A DNA stretch of 64,000 nucleotides, from positions 288,001 through 352,000 of the forward strand of contig CAVRGP010000015.1 of NCBI GenBank assembly GCA_963720755.1, in the 5' to 3' direction. Of the stretch, positions 46,654 through 56,865 are shown in pieces. A model generated the notes under the pieces. The model was not told the origin of the DNA. It saw nothing but the letters and a program-made list of their open reading frames with translations, and did not search any database. Position 1 is the stretch's first letter, and every line of letters begins with the position of its first letter. The DNA is from an uncultured Chloroflexia bacterium. GTDB lineage: Bacteria > Chloroflexota > Limnocylindria > Limnocylindrales > CSP1-4. Both the position numbers and the translations under genes were made by a program.

Positions 46654-48149
46654 TGCTCGGATCCGGTCGGGATCGCCGACAGATCGGTCGGGCTACCGTC
46701 AACGTCGCGGTCGTCGTCTCGATCGGGTTCGCGCTCCTGGCCGTCGCCGCCGGCTACTGGGGCGTGGTCGCGGCACCATCGCTGGTCCGCTCACCCAACG
46801 ATGCCGCGGTCATCGCCGCCGCTCGCACCGTGCCTCGTGGATTGATCGTGGATCGGACCGGGAAGGTCCTGGCCAACAACCGGACCGACGCGAACGGAGA
46901 GTCGTATCGGGTCTATGCCGGCAGGGCGATCAGCCAGGTCGTCGGCTATGCGTCGCCGGTCTACGGCCGGGCGGGCCTGGAGCGCGCGTACAACGACGAG
47001 CTGACCGGTCTGTCCGGTGACGAGTTCTCGGACGCGTTCGGCAAGTTCGGCGCCGACCGGTACGACCCGAAGGACCTGACCCTGTCCCTGTCGCTCGACC
47101 TTCAGCGGGCGGCCGTGGCGGCACTGGGGAAGCACCGAGGCGCCGTCGTGATGCTTGATCCGCGGAATGGCGAGATCCTGGCCCTGGCCTCGACCCCGAC
47201 CTACGATGCATCCGGGATCGCCGATCCGCAGACGGCGCGAGCCACCTTCGAAGGGCTCCAGGGGGATCCCGCCTTGCCGCTCCTGCCGCGAGCGACGCTG
47301 GGACGGTATGTCCCAGGATCCGTCTTCAAGATCGTGACCGCGATCGCGGCGCTCGGGTCGGGCGCGATCACCGCCACGACCACCTTCGCGCAGCAGCCGG
47401 CGGCCGAGAAGAATGGCTTGCTCGTCGACGGGTTCCGCGTCCGCGACGGCCATCATCCGTCGACGGGTTCGACACCGCTCGATCTCGTCGCAGCGACCGA
47501 GGTGTCCTGCAACATCTTCTTCGCCCTGACCGGCCTCGCGACCGGCGGCCAGCAGCTGGTGGACTACGCGGACCGGATGGGATTCGGGTCGCCACTCCCG
47601 TTCGACCTGCCGACCGCGGTCTCGCAGGTGACGAATGGCGACGGATCGCAGCCTGGCGGGTTCACGGATGACGTGGAACTCGCGAACGCGTCGTACGGGC
47701 AGGCTGAGACGTTCGTGACCCCGCTCCAGATGGCGCTCGTGGCCTCGACCATCGCGAACGACGGCGAACTGGCCAGCCCGCGACTCGTGACCTCGATCAC
47801 GGGCGCTCGGAGCGGGACGAGGACCCTGGGGCCGACCTCGATGGGTCAGATCCTCTCGGCATCCGATGCACGCGAGATCAAGGCGGCCATGATCCAGGCC
47901 GTCGAGGGTCCGCTCGGTCGACAGTTCACCTCGGGAGCCAAGGTGCCAGGCGTGACGACGGCCGGGAAGTCTGGTACAGCCGAGCTGGGTGGATCCGGCG
48001 AGCCGCACTCGTGGTTCATCGGGTTCGCTCCGGCCGAGAACCCGACCGTCGCCATCGCCGTCCTCGTGGAGCAGGCGGGGCGGGGTGGGGAAGTGGCCGC
48101 ACCGATCGCGGGCGACCTCATGAGTCTCTATCTCGGGGCCGGCCGATGA
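46653..48149 (+). CDS. pbpA: Class B penicillin-binding protein (PbpA-like)
   Basis: SxxK (SVFK), SCN and KSG motifs intact, HSWFIGFAP, N-terminal TM. Confidence 0.92.
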   Translation: MLGSGRDRRQIGRATVNVAVVVSIGFALLAVAAGYWGVVAAPSLVRSPNDAAVIAAARTVPRGLIVDRTGKVLANNRTDANGESYRVYAGRAISQVVGYASPVYGRAGLERAYNDELTGLSGDEFSDAFGKFGADRYDPKDLTLSLSLDLQRAAVAALGKHRGAVVMLDPRNGEILALASTPTYDASGIADPQTARATFEGLQGDPALPLLPRATLGRYVPGSVFKIVTAIAALGSGAITATTTFAQQPAAEKNGLLVDGFRVRDGHHPSTGSTPLDLVAATEVSCNIFFALTGLATGGQQLVDYADRMGFGSPLPFDLPTAVSQVTNGDGSQPGGFTDDVELANASYGQAETFVTPLQMALVASTIANDGELASPRLVTSITGARSGTRTLGPTSMGQILSASDAREIKAAMIQAVEGPLGRQFTSGAKVPGVTTAGKSGTAELGGSGEPHSWFIGFAPAENPTVAIAVLVEQAGRGGEVAAPIAGDLMSLYLGAGR

Positions 48150-48373
48150 CCAGCCCGGGCGACCCGCCGGATCCCGCCACTGGGCCGCCGTCCCAGCCGC
48201 GGCCGATCATCGAGCGGATCGGTCTCGCGGCCGTGGCCGCGGTCCTGGCGATCCTGTTCGGGGCAGTCGCCGCCGCGTCGTGGGTCGGTGGCGAGCTCTT
48301 TCTTGCGACCATGGGAGCGGTCGGCTGCGCCATGACCCTGTGGGTCGGGCTGATGACTCTGATCCGGGGCTGA
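48146..48373 (+). CDS. Small two-TM membrane protein
   Basis: ATG overlaps the pbpA stop. Two hydrophobic helices. Confidence 0.65.
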   Translation: MTSPGDPPDPATGPPSQPRPIIERIGLAAVAAVLAILFGAVAAASWVGGELFLATMGAVGCAMTLWVGLMTLIRG

Positions 48374-48376
48374 CGA

Positions 48377-49675
48377 TCAGGCCGCTGGCGCAGGCTCGGC
48401 GAGCAGTTCGCGGATGACCTGCTCGGACCCGTCGTAGTCACCTTCGCCGAAGTGCTCGTGGCGGATCCGTCCGGATTTGTCGACGAAGTAGAACGCGGGC
48501 CAGTAGTGGTTGGCGTAGCTGTTCCACGTCTTGTAGTCGGGGTCGAAAGCCACCGGAAAACGGACACCCTGGTCGACGACGGCCTGCCGGACGTTGGCGA
48601 GATCACGTTCGAACGACAACTCCGGGGTGTGCACGCTGAGCACGGTCAAGCCCGCGTCCGCATAGCGCTCGTACCAGGCCTTGACGTAAGGCTGGACGTT
48701 GCGGCAGTTGTAGCAGCCGAAGGTCCAGAAGTGGACCAGCACGACCTGGCCCTTGAGGGCGGCCAGGCTGAGCGGTGCCGAGTTGATCCATGCCGTGATG
48801 CCGTTGATCTCGGGTGCCGGGCCGAGATCTTCGAGCGGCACGGTCGCTGGCAGGTCTTGGGCGATCGGCGTCGGTAGGGCGGCATCGGCGGCGCCCGCGA
48901 CGGCCGATGCGCCACCACCCGATCGCGCAGCGCCGCCGAGATCGAGGAGCGCGTCCTGGACCGCCGGAGCCTTCTCGATGCCGTACAGGGCAGCGCTATA
49001 GCTGTCGGGAAGCGCCGCGGTCACCGCACCCTGCACCTGGTAGTCGAGACCCGTCGCGACCGCGATGGCACTCGCGAGCATGAGCGCACCGACGATCCGT
49101 CGACCCATCGGATCGGGACGCCGGACCACCGACCGTCCCCAGCGGGCGATGACCAGCATCGGGAGCCCGACGCCAGCCACGTAGGCGACCGCCACTGCTA
49201 CCGCCTCGGGAGTCGCACCGGCAGACGCGGCCAGCGCGATGACGCCGGCCATGATCGGGCCGACACACGGGGCCCACAGGAGGCCGAGCGCAGCTCCGAT
49301 GGTGAGACCGCCGAGGAACCCATCCGATCGACCCCGGGACGCCTGGATCCCACCCGCCCGCTCGGTCAACGGTGCGATGACCGCGGCCGTTCGGTCGGCC
49401 AGACGCGGTACGAGGAGCAGCAAGCCGAGGAACGCCAAACCGATCACTGCCAGCGCCCGGAGCCGATCCGTCGTCAGGCCCAGAGCGGCCAGGCCCGCGG
49501 CGAACAGGACCGCGGTCAGGACGAAGGCTGCTCCGAACCCGATGACCACACCGAGCGGGCGCCGCGCCCCCCCGCCGGTCGCCGACCCGAGGACCAGCGG
49601 GACGACCGGCAGCGTGCACGGGGCGATGATCGTGAACAGACCGGCGATGAACGCGGCTGGCAGCAGGATGATCAT
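48377..49675 (-). CDS. dipZ: DipZ-like CcdA-thioredoxin fusion
   Basis: PCTLPV and WAPCVGP (CcdA Cys pair), thioredoxin FWTFGCYNC, VHTPE, HFGEG.Y. Confidence 0.9.
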   Translation of the reverse strand: MIILLPAAFIAGLFTIIAPCTLPVVPLVLGSATGGGARRPLGVVIGFGAAFVLTAVLFAAGLAALGLTTDRLRALAVIGLAFLGLLLLVPRLADRTAAVIAPLTERAGGIQASRGRSDGFLGGLTIGAALGLLWAPCVGPIMAGVIALAASAGATPEAVAVAVAYVAGVGLPMLVIARWGRSVVRRPDPMGRRIVGALMLASAIAVATGLDYQVQGAVTAALPDSYSAALYGIEKAPAVQDALLDLGGAARSGGGASAVAGAADAALPTPIAQDLPATVPLEDLGPAPEINGITAWINSAPLSLAALKGQVVLVHFWTFGCYNCRNVQPYVKAWYERYADAGLTVLSVHTPELSFERDLANVRQAVVDQGVRFPVAFDPDYKTWNSYANHYWPAFYFVDKSGRIRHEHFGEGDYDGSEQVIRELLAEPAPAA

Positions 49676-49849
49676 GCCGACCGAGTCTGCCGGGCGCCCA
49701 TGACGCGATGATGACGGACCGATCGCAGCCCGAACGAGACGGCTTTCTCGGAGGTCTTCTGTGTCGACGGGAACCATTCTGGCGTTCCGGGCGTACTATC
49801 TCTCGACTCACACCTCCCCCGACGACCCCAGAAACCGCGAGAGAGGCCG

Positions 49850-50857
49850 ATGACGAAGATCCAGGAAACCGGGGACAAGGTCCTCGCCAACGTCGAACGA
49901 GTCATCGTCGGCAAGCACCTCGAGGTCCGCCTTGCCCTGGTGGCCTTGCTCTGCCGTGGGCATCTCCTGATCGAGGACGTGCCCGGGACGGGCAAGACCG
50001 TCCTCGCGAAGGCCATCGCGCGGAGCCTCGGAGGATCGTTCCGGCGGATCCAGTTCACCCCCGACCTGCTTCCGTCGGACGTGTCCGGCCTGTCGATCTA
50101 CAACCAGAAGACGCAGGAGTTCGAGTTCCGGCCCGGACCCATCTTCAGCCAGGTCGTGCTTGCCGATGAGATCAACCGGGCGACGCCAAAGACCCAGTCC
50201 TCCTTGCTCGAGTGCATGGAGGAGCGCCAGGCCACGATCGACGGGACGACATACCCGATGCCGGACCCCTTCCTCGTGATCGCGACCCAGAACCCGATCG
50301 AATACGAAGGCACCTTCGCCCTGCCCGAGGCTCAGCTCGACCGGTTCATGCTCCGTCTGCGGCTTGGATATCCGCAACCGATCGAGGAGATCGTGATCCT
50401 CGACGAACAGAAGCGGACCCACCCTCTCGACGACCTGGACGAGATCCTGACCATCGACGACCTGCGCGAGATGCAGGCGGCGGTGCGCGAGGTCTATGTC
50501 GACTCGACCGTGTCCGACTACATCGTTCGATTGGTCAACGGCACCCGAAACCACCCGGATGTCTACCTTGGGGCGTCGCCCCGCGGCTCGATCGCGCTGT
50601 ACCGGGCCGGGCAGGCGATGGCCGGCCTCCTCGGTCGCGACTACGTGATCCCCGACGACATCAAGGCGCTCGCCGAACCGGCCCTGGCCCATCGACTGAT
50701 CATCAAGACCAGTTCATCGATCCACGATATCCAGGCCGGGCAGGTGATCCGTGAGCTACTTGATTCGACCCCGATCGACGGGATCCGCCCGACCGGTGGT
50801 GGCCCGACCGAACTGACCGGCACCGGCCGCGGGCGACCGACCGGGACGAGCGCCTAG
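49850..50857 (+). CDS. moxR: MoxR-family AAA+ ATPase
   Basis: [41 protein letters not shown]. Confidence 0.95.
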   Translation: MTKIQETGDKVLANVERVIVGKHLEVRLALVALLCRGHLLIEDVPGTGKTVLAKAIARSLGGSFRRIQFTPDLLPSDVSGLSIYNQKTQEFEFRPGPIFSQVVLADEINRATPKTQSSLLECMEERQATIDGTTYPMPDPFLVIATQNPIEYEGTFALPEAQLDRFMLRLRLGYPQPIEEIVILDEQKRTHPLDDLDEILTIDDLREMQAAVREVYVDSTVSDYIVRLVNGTRNHPDVYLGASPRGSIALYRAGQAMAGLLGRDYVIPDDIKALAEPALAHRLIIKTSSSIHDIQAGQVIRELLDSTPIDGIRPTGGGPTELTGTGRGRPTGTSA

Positions 50858-50892
50858 CGCCCGTCCAGCGAAGCAGCAGGAGACCCGTCCCG

Positions 50893-52149
50893 GTGATCCG
50901 CAAGCTCGAACTGCTGATCGTCGCCGTCGTCCTCGTCGTGGCGGCCTTCTCGACGGCTCTGCCGTTCCTGTTCTACCTGCTCTACCTCGCCATCCTGGTC
51001 GTGGGTGGCTCCTACGTCCTCGTTCGGCTGGGGTTGTCCGATCTCGAGGCCGGCTACGCGGTGAGCCAGCTCCACGGGCACGTGGGCGACCGGATGCGGG
51101 TGACCTACACGCTTCGGAACACGAGCCGGATGCCCAAGCCATGGCTCGAGATCCACAATCCGACGACGCTGCCGGGCGGTCTGCCGGGGCGGGCGATCAC
51201 CCTCGGGGGGCGATCCGAGCGGTCCTGGCTGATCCGAGCCCCATTGTCACGGCGTGGGCATTTCCGGATCGAACCGCTCCACATCCGGACAGGCGACCCA
51301 TTCGGGTTCTTCGAAGCGTCGGCCACGGTCGGCCAGGGCATCTCCGTCGTCGTCTATCCGCGGCTGGAGCCCCTGCCCAGGTGGCGATTGCCGACGGCGG
51401 CGCTCGAAGGCAGTCACGCGGCCCCGGTCCGGACCCTTCAGACCACGCCGATGGCGACGTCGGTCCGGCCCTACGCGCCGGGCGACGCGATGAACCGGAT
51501 CCATTGGAAGACCACGGCTCGACATGGCGAGATCCAGGTCAAGGAGTTCGACCTTGAGCAGACAGCGGACGCCTGGATCGTCCTCGACCTTCAACGCGCG
51601 ATCCAGGCCGGGCGCGGCGACGAGTCGACGGTCGAGGCCGCCGTCCGAGCCGCGGCATCGATCGCGGATCGCGCGCTCCAGGAGAACCGGGCGGTCGGGC
51701 TGACCGTCAATGCCGGTCGGGTCGCCTTTCTGCCACCGGACCGCGGGGGCCGACAGCACCTCAAGATCATGCAACTGCTGGCCGCCGTGGAAGCGGACGG
51801 CAGCGCTCCCTTGGTCGAGACACTGCTGACGACCGTCGGACGCCTGCGACGCGGGATGACGGCGGTGATCATCACGGCGTCCCTCGATCCGGCCTGGGTT
51901 CGGCCGCTCTACTCATTGCGGAACCGGGGCGTTGCCTGCGTGGTGGTGACCCTCGACGCGTCCGCGTACGAACACTTCGCCCATGATGCCGAGGCGGCCG
52001 CGGGCGGCGTCCCGTCGGAGCCGGACCCCGAGGCCGATGACCTGGCTGCCAAGCGATCACGAGCGCTGCAACATGCTCTCGCCGAGTACGAACTGCGCTC
52101 GCACGTCGTCACGCCCGGCCGTCCGCTCGGCGAGCTCCTGACCCGATGA
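50893..52149 (+). CDS. DUF58 protein
   Basis: DPFGFF, VRPY.PGD...RIHWK.TAR, VKEF. Follows moxR. Confidence 0.92.
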   Translation: MIRKLELLIVAVVLVVAAFSTALPFLFYLLYLAILVVGGSYVLVRLGLSDLEAGYAVSQLHGHVGDRMRVTYTLRNTSRMPKPWLEIHNPTTLPGGLPGRAITLGGRSERSWLIRAPLSRRGHFRIEPLHIRTGDPFGFFEASATVGQGISVVVYPRLEPLPRWRLPTAALEGSHAAPVRTLQTTPMATSVRPYAPGDAMNRIHWKTTARHGEIQVKEFDLEQTADAWIVLDLQRAIQAGRGDESTVEAAVRAAASIADRALQENRAVGLTVNAGRVAFLPPDRGGRQHLKIMQLLAAVEADGSAPLVETLLTTVGRLRRGMTAVIITASLDPAWVRPLYSLRNRGVACVVVTLDASAYEHFAHDAEAAAGGVPSEPDPEADDLAAKRSRALQHALAEYELRSHVVTPGRPLGELLTR

Positions 52150-54413
52150 GACAGCGACTGCGGGTGGCACCCGCCGAAGGATGGCTGACCCTGGCCCTGG
52201 TCGCGGTCATGTGCGTGACGATGGCATGGGCGATCGACGACGCGCGGTACGTCCTCGGCCGTCCGGAGTATCTCGACCTGCTCATGTACGCCGCCCTCGG
52301 TGGTGTGCTGGCCGGGTTCATCGGGCCCAAGGTCGGTTGGAGCCGGTGGCTGACCTTCCTGATCGGCGCCATCTTCGCCGCGTTGCTGATACCGCTCCTG
52401 GTCGCCCTCGTCGATCATCCGTTCGGCGTGGCTCCACACGACTTGTCCGTCCTGTACGGGGCGACTGCGAGCGCGGCCGTCGAGGCCTATCTCGACATCG
52501 CGGTCCGGGGCCTGTCGACGACGCCGCAATACCTTCACCACATCCTGGTCTTCGGGCTCATCGTCTGGGCGACGTCGATGTTCGCGTCCTATGCCGTCTT
52601 CGGCCACCATCGACCGCTCGGCGGGATCGTCGTCGTCGGCCTGATCCTGGTCGCCAACATGTCGATCACCGACCGACCACAGCTGCCGTACATGGTCCTG
52701 TTCAGCATCGCGGCGCTGCTCATCCTCATCCGCTCGCACGTCTACGACGAGGAATCCGAATGGATCCGGCGCCGGATCGGTGACCCGGGCACGATCTCGG
52801 CCGTCTACCTGCGTGGTGGGACCGTGTTCATCGCGGTGACGGTCGTCGCCTCGTTCGTCCTGACCCAGACGGCGGCTTCGGCCCCGCTGGCCGGTGCGTG
52901 GGATGGCGTCCAGGACAACATCCTGGCCGTGTCTCGGGCGGTCTCGCGCATCCTCCCGACCGGCGGTTCCACGCGTTCGCTCGGGCCTACCTTCGGGGAG
53001 GGGCCGCTCGGTCAGGTCTGGACCCAGGAGGCCGGTGTCGCGGTCATCATCCTGCGGAACCCACAAGATCCCACGCCCTACTACTGGAGAGCCGAGACGT
53101 ACGACCAGCTGGACCTGAAGGGCCGCGGTCACAGTCAGACCTCGTCGGCGGATCTGGCGGTCGGCACCTCGATCTTCGATCAGCTTCCGGTCGCGGCGGA
53201 CCCGGCGACGCTCCATCAGGTGGAATTCGCCGTGACGCCGGTGGAATTCCGACAATCGAGGATCATTTCTCCGGCCGATCCGGACCTGGTCGACGTCCCG
53301 GCCCGTCTGGAGACGACCGGGGCCTCCGGCAACTTCGCCTACCTCGACCGCTCGAGCGGCAGCGGCGACTATTCAGTGACAGCTCGGGTCGTGATCGGCG
53401 ACGGCCCCGGCCAGCTCACCGAATCCGCTCTTCGGGCGACGGGCCGGAACTATCCCGATGACATCCAACAGCTGTACCTGCAGCTTCCCGAGGGCATGTT
53501 CGGCGACTACGCCAAAGCCCTGAAGGCCACCATCGTTGCCCGGGCGGGGTCGACCGACCCGTACGACCTGGCCAAGGCAGCCGAGGTGGAGCTGGCGACG
53601 GGTCCCTATACCTATGACCGGGACATCACCGATCTCCATTGCGAGAACGAGAGTGCGGTGGAGTGTTTCGCCCAGTATCGGCGCGGGTTCTGCCAGTACT
53701 ACGCGATCACGATGGCCGCCATCCTGCGGGACCTGGGCGTTCCGACGAGGATCGCCGAAGGCTTCCTGCCCGGGGTCCGCTCAGGCCCGACCGAGACGAT
53801 CGCGCTGAGCAACGCCCACGAGTGGGTCGAGGTCTACTTCGACGGATACGGATGGGTCCAGTTCGATCCGACCCCCGCGGGCGTCTCGCAACTGGCGCCG
53901 CTGCCGTCCGGCAAGCCGGTGGCGAGTCGTTCGCCCGGCCCGTCACGGTCCCCGCTCGCGCAGGCGTCGCGCGTCGCTGGTCCGCAGGAGGGACCGGGTG
54001 GTCCGAGCGGCCATGTCGACTCCACGGCCAGCGGTTCACTTGGGCCGATGGTCGGGGTCGGGATCCTCCTCTTGATCGTCATCCTCACAGCCTCGTTCCT
54101 GGCCTGGAGACGCGGACCGCGAAGTGCGATCAACGCGGATGGAGCGTATGGGACGGTGGTCCGGATCGCCTCCCGTCTCGGCTTCGGGCCGAGGCCCGCC
54201 GAGACCGTCTACGAATACGCCGGCGCCCTGGGTGACGTCCTGCCCGACGTTCGGCCGGAACTGCACACGGTCGCCACGGCCAAGGTCGAATCGGCCTACG
54301 GTCGACGGATCATCGACGCTCAACGACTGGCCACGATCCAGACGGCGCAGCGACGGCTGCGGGTCAGCCTGCTCAAGCTGGCCTTCCGCCGACAGGGCCG
54401 CAAGCGTCGCTGA
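52146..54413 (+). CDS. Membrane transglutaminase-like protein (TgpA-like)
   Basis: N-terminal TMs, YWR..YD, catalytic triad GFCQYYA / NAHEWVEVY / FDPTP. Confidence 0.9.
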   Translation: MRQRLRVAPAEGWLTLALVAVMCVTMAWAIDDARYVLGRPEYLDLLMYAALGGVLAGFIGPKVGWSRWLTFLIGAIFAALLIPLLVALVDHPFGVAPHDLSVLYGATASAAVEAYLDIAVRGLSTTPQYLHHILVFGLIVWATSMFASYAVFGHHRPLGGIVVVGLILVANMSITDRPQLPYMVLFSIAALLILIRSHVYDEESEWIRRRIGDPGTISAVYLRGGTVFIAVTVVASFVLTQTAASAPLAGAWDGVQDNILAVSRAVSRILPTGGSTRSLGPTFGEGPLGQVWTQEAGVAVIILRNPQDPTPYYWRAETYDQLDLKGRGHSQTSSADLAVGTSIFDQLPVAADPATLHQVEFAVTPVEFRQSRIISPADPDLVDVPARLETTGASGNFAYLDRSSGSGDYSVTARVVIGDGPGQLTESALRATGRNYPDDIQQLYLQLPEGMFGDYAKALKATIVARAGSTDPYDLAKAAEVELATGPYTYDRDITDLHCENESAVECFAQYRRGFCQYYAITMAAILRDLGVPTRIAEGFLPGVRSGPTETIALSNAHEWVEVYFDGYGWVQFDPTPAGVSQLAPLPSGKPVASRSPGPSRSPLAQASRVAGPQEGPGGPSGHVDSTASGSLGPMVGVGILLLIVILTASFLAWRRGPRSAINADGAYGTVVRIASRLGFGPRPAETVYEYAGALGDVLPDVRPELHTVATAKVESAYGRRIIDAQRLATIQTAQRRLRVSLLKLAFRRQGRKRR

Positions 54414-54449
54414 CCTCGGGTCGACCGGTCGCTGACCTCGGGTCGACCG
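54406..54449. repeat. Perfect 22-bp tandem duplication
   Basis: GTCGCTGACCTCGGGTCGACCG twice, spanning the transglutaminase stop codon. Confidence 0.9.
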
Positions 54450-54463
54450 CGCGGTCGCCAGGC

Positions 54464-55285
54464 TCAGAGGGCGCCACTCCGGGCACGGGCTTCGGCAGCG
54501 TGTTCCTCGCTCGAGCCGGACGTGCCGCCCACGAGATGGGCCGTGAGGTTGTGGGCTCGAAGGACCGGACGACCCGCCCGGAATTCGATGATGGTGACCC
54601 CGCACAGGTCCATGGACCACATCCAGAAGTGGTCGAGCGGCAGGTCGAACAGGGTGAGCAAGGCGACCTTGAAGACCCCGTCGTGGCCGACCACGATCGA
54701 CCAGGGATGCGTGGCGGGTGCCCTCGCATACCCGGGAACCTGGGGGCCGTCGAGCGACCCGGGGACGCCGACCGCAGCCATCTCCCGGAGAAGCGACGCC
54801 AACGATCGCGCCACCCGAGTCTGGACGTCGGTCAGCGCCTCGCCGCCGGGTGCGGAGGACAGGTGCGGATCCCGACGCCACGCCGACAGCTCCGGGCCGT
54901 AGCGTTCGGCGACCTCGGTGTGCAGGAGGCCCTGCCAGACTCCCTGGTGGATCTCGGCGAAGCCGGCGTCTGCCCGGACGGGCACCGATCCGCCGCCACG
55001 CGTCATCGCCTGCGAGATCGCCGAGGCGGTCTGGGCCGTCCGGACAAGCGGTGAGTGGACGAGCGCCAGGGGAGCGCCGGACGGGATGGGCAATGGTGGC
55101 GGTGCCTGTTGGACCGCCAATCGCTCGGCCACACGTTCGGCCTGCATGCGACCGGTCTCGGACAGTGGCGTTTCGGCCTGGCCCTGGAATCGTCCCTCCA
55201 CGATGAAGGTGGATTCGCCATGACGCACCAGGACGAGGGTGGCGTCAAGCCCGACCGGGGACAGCGGGGGACGGGACACGGTCAC
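54464..55285 (-). CDS. Histidine phosphatase (dPGM-like), candidate metal-independent phosphoserine phosphatase
   Basis: LVRHGES, RFQG, SPL.R..QTA, EI..G.W.G, VGHDG. Coupled to serA. Confidence 0.82.
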   Translation of the reverse strand: MTVSRPPLSPVGLDATLVLVRHGESTFIVEGRFQGQAETPLSETGRMQAERVAERLAVQQAPPPLPIPSGAPLALVHSPLVRTAQTASAISQAMTRGGGSVPVRADAGFAEIHQGVWQGLLHTEVAERYGPELSAWRRDPHLSSAPGGEALTDVQTRVARSLASLLREMAAVGVPGSLDGPQVPGYARAPATHPWSIVVGHDGVFKVALLTLFDLPLDHFWMWSMDLCGVTIIEFRAGRPVLRAHNLTAHLVGGTSGSSEEHAAEARARSGAL

Positions 55286-56865
55286 CGCGTGCCGCCGAGC
55301 CGGATCGCCCAGAGATCGGTGACCCCTTCCTGGGTCCGGAGCGCGTCGGCGACCTCGCTCGGGATGGCGTCATCGAGGGCCAGGATCATGAACGCGTCCT
55401 CCCGCGGCCGCGTCCTGGCCAGGTGCATCGCGCTGATGTTGATGTCTGCCTCTCCGAGCAGGAGTCCGACGCGCCCGACCGTGCCCGGGCGGTCGAGGTG
55501 CCGGGTGATGAGCATGCTCTCGGCCGGGGCCATGTCGAGCCGATAGTCATCCAGGCGGGTGATCCTCGGTTCTCCGCCGGCGACCGTCCCGGCGACGACG
55601 GTCGTTCGCCCGTCGGTCTCGCCGGACAGGCTGATCAGGGACCCGAACGCCCCGGCGTCGGGGGTCTTCCGCTCGATGACGGTGATCCCTCGAGCCTTGG
55701 CAAGTGCCCCGGCGTTGACCAGGTTGACCCGTTCGCTGATCGACGTCTCGAGCAGGCCGCGGAGCATCGCCGCCACCAGCGCCGAGCCGTCGTAGGCCGC
55801 CAGATCGCCCGCGAGTTCGATCGTCAGGGTGTGGACCCCACCTCGCGAGAACTGGCTGAAGAACTGGCCGAGGACTTCGGCCAGCGGCAGGTAGGGCGTG
55901 ATGGCTCGGGCCGTCTCGGGTGTGAGCAGCGGCGCGTTGACCGCGTACCGGGCACTCCGTCCCGCCAGCACGTCGAGGACCTGGTCGGCGATCTCCTCGG
56001 CAACGAGGACCTGGGCTTCTGCCGTCGAGGCGCCGAGATGCGGGGTCAGGAGGGTGTTCGGCGCGTCGAGGAGCGGCGAGTCGGTCGGCGGTTCGTGCTC
56101 GAACACGTCGATCCCGGCACCACCGAGGTGACCCGTGTGCAGGGCCTCGGCCACGGCCGCCTCGTCGAGAACGCCACCTCGCGCGACATTGAGGACGATG
56201 GAGCCGGGCTTCATCCTGGCGATGGCGTCGCGACCGATCAGACCGCGGGTGGCACGAGTCAGTGGGACATGGACCGTCACGACGTCGGCCCTGGCGAGTA
56301 ACGCGTCCAGCTCGACGAGTTCGACGCCATGGTTGGCAGCCGCCTCGGCCGTGAGGAAGGGGTCGACGCCGATGACCGTCATCTCCATGGCCGACGCCCG
56401 GACCGCGATGGCCTGTCCGATCTTGCCCAAGCCGATGATCCCGAGCGTTCGGCCCCGTAGCTCGTGGCCGGTGAACTGGGATCGCTTCCATTCGCCGCGG
56501 CGGAGCGAGGCGTCGGCCGGAGCGACCCGCCGGGATACTCCGTAGAGGAGCGCCAGGGTGTGCTCGGCCGCCGCGATCGTGTTCCCGGTCGGGGCGTTGA
56601 CGACCACGATCCCGGCGCGGGTGGCCGCATCCAGGTCGACGTTGTCGACGCCGACGCCTGCCCGCCCGATCACGACGAGACGCGTTCCGGCGGCGATCAC
56701 CTCGGCGTCCACCTGGACCTGGCTGCGAACGATCAGCGCGTCATAGTCCGGCAGCGCGGCACACAGGTCTTCGCGGGACAGCCCAGGCCGCTCGTCGACC
56801 TGGTGGTGCGCCCGAAGTCGTGCCACACCCTCGTTGGCGACGGACTCCGCGACGAGGACCCTCAC
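55282..56865 (-). CDS. serA: D-3-phosphoglycerate dehydrogenase (type I, ASB plus ACT)
   Basis: GRAGVGVDNVD, GLGKIG, NVARGG, TPHLGAST.EAQ, C-terminal DRPG ACT domain. Confidence 0.95.
   Translation of the reverse strand: MRVLVAESVANEGVARLRAHHQVDERPGLSREDLCAALPDYDALIVRSQVQVDAEVIAAGTRLVVIGRAGVGVDNVDLDAATRAGIVVVNAPTGNTIAAAEHTLALLYGVSRRVAPADASLRRGEWKRSQFTGHELRGRTLGIIGLGKIGQAIAVRASAMEMTVIGVDPFLTAEAAANHGVELVELDALLARADVVTVHVPLTRATRGLIGRDAIARMKPGSIVLNVARGGVLDEAAVAEALHTGHLGGAGIDVFEHEPPTDSPLLDAPNTLLTPHLGASTAEAQVLVAEEIADQVLDVLAGRSARYAVNAPLLTPETARAITPYLPLAEVLGQFFSQFSRGGVHTLTIELAGDLAAYDGSALVAAMLRGLLETSISERVNLVNAGALAKARGITVIERKTPDAGAFGSLISLSGETDGRTTVVAGTVAGGEPRITRLDDYRLDMAPAESMLITRHLDRPGTVGRVGLLLGEADINISAMHLARTRPREDAFMILALDDAIPSEVADALRTQEGVTDLWAIRLGGTR

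Noticed and set aside
49850-54413. MoxR-DUF58-transglutaminase as a new system
   Set aside because: This is a well-documented, widespread gene triad with nothing atypical in its motifs.
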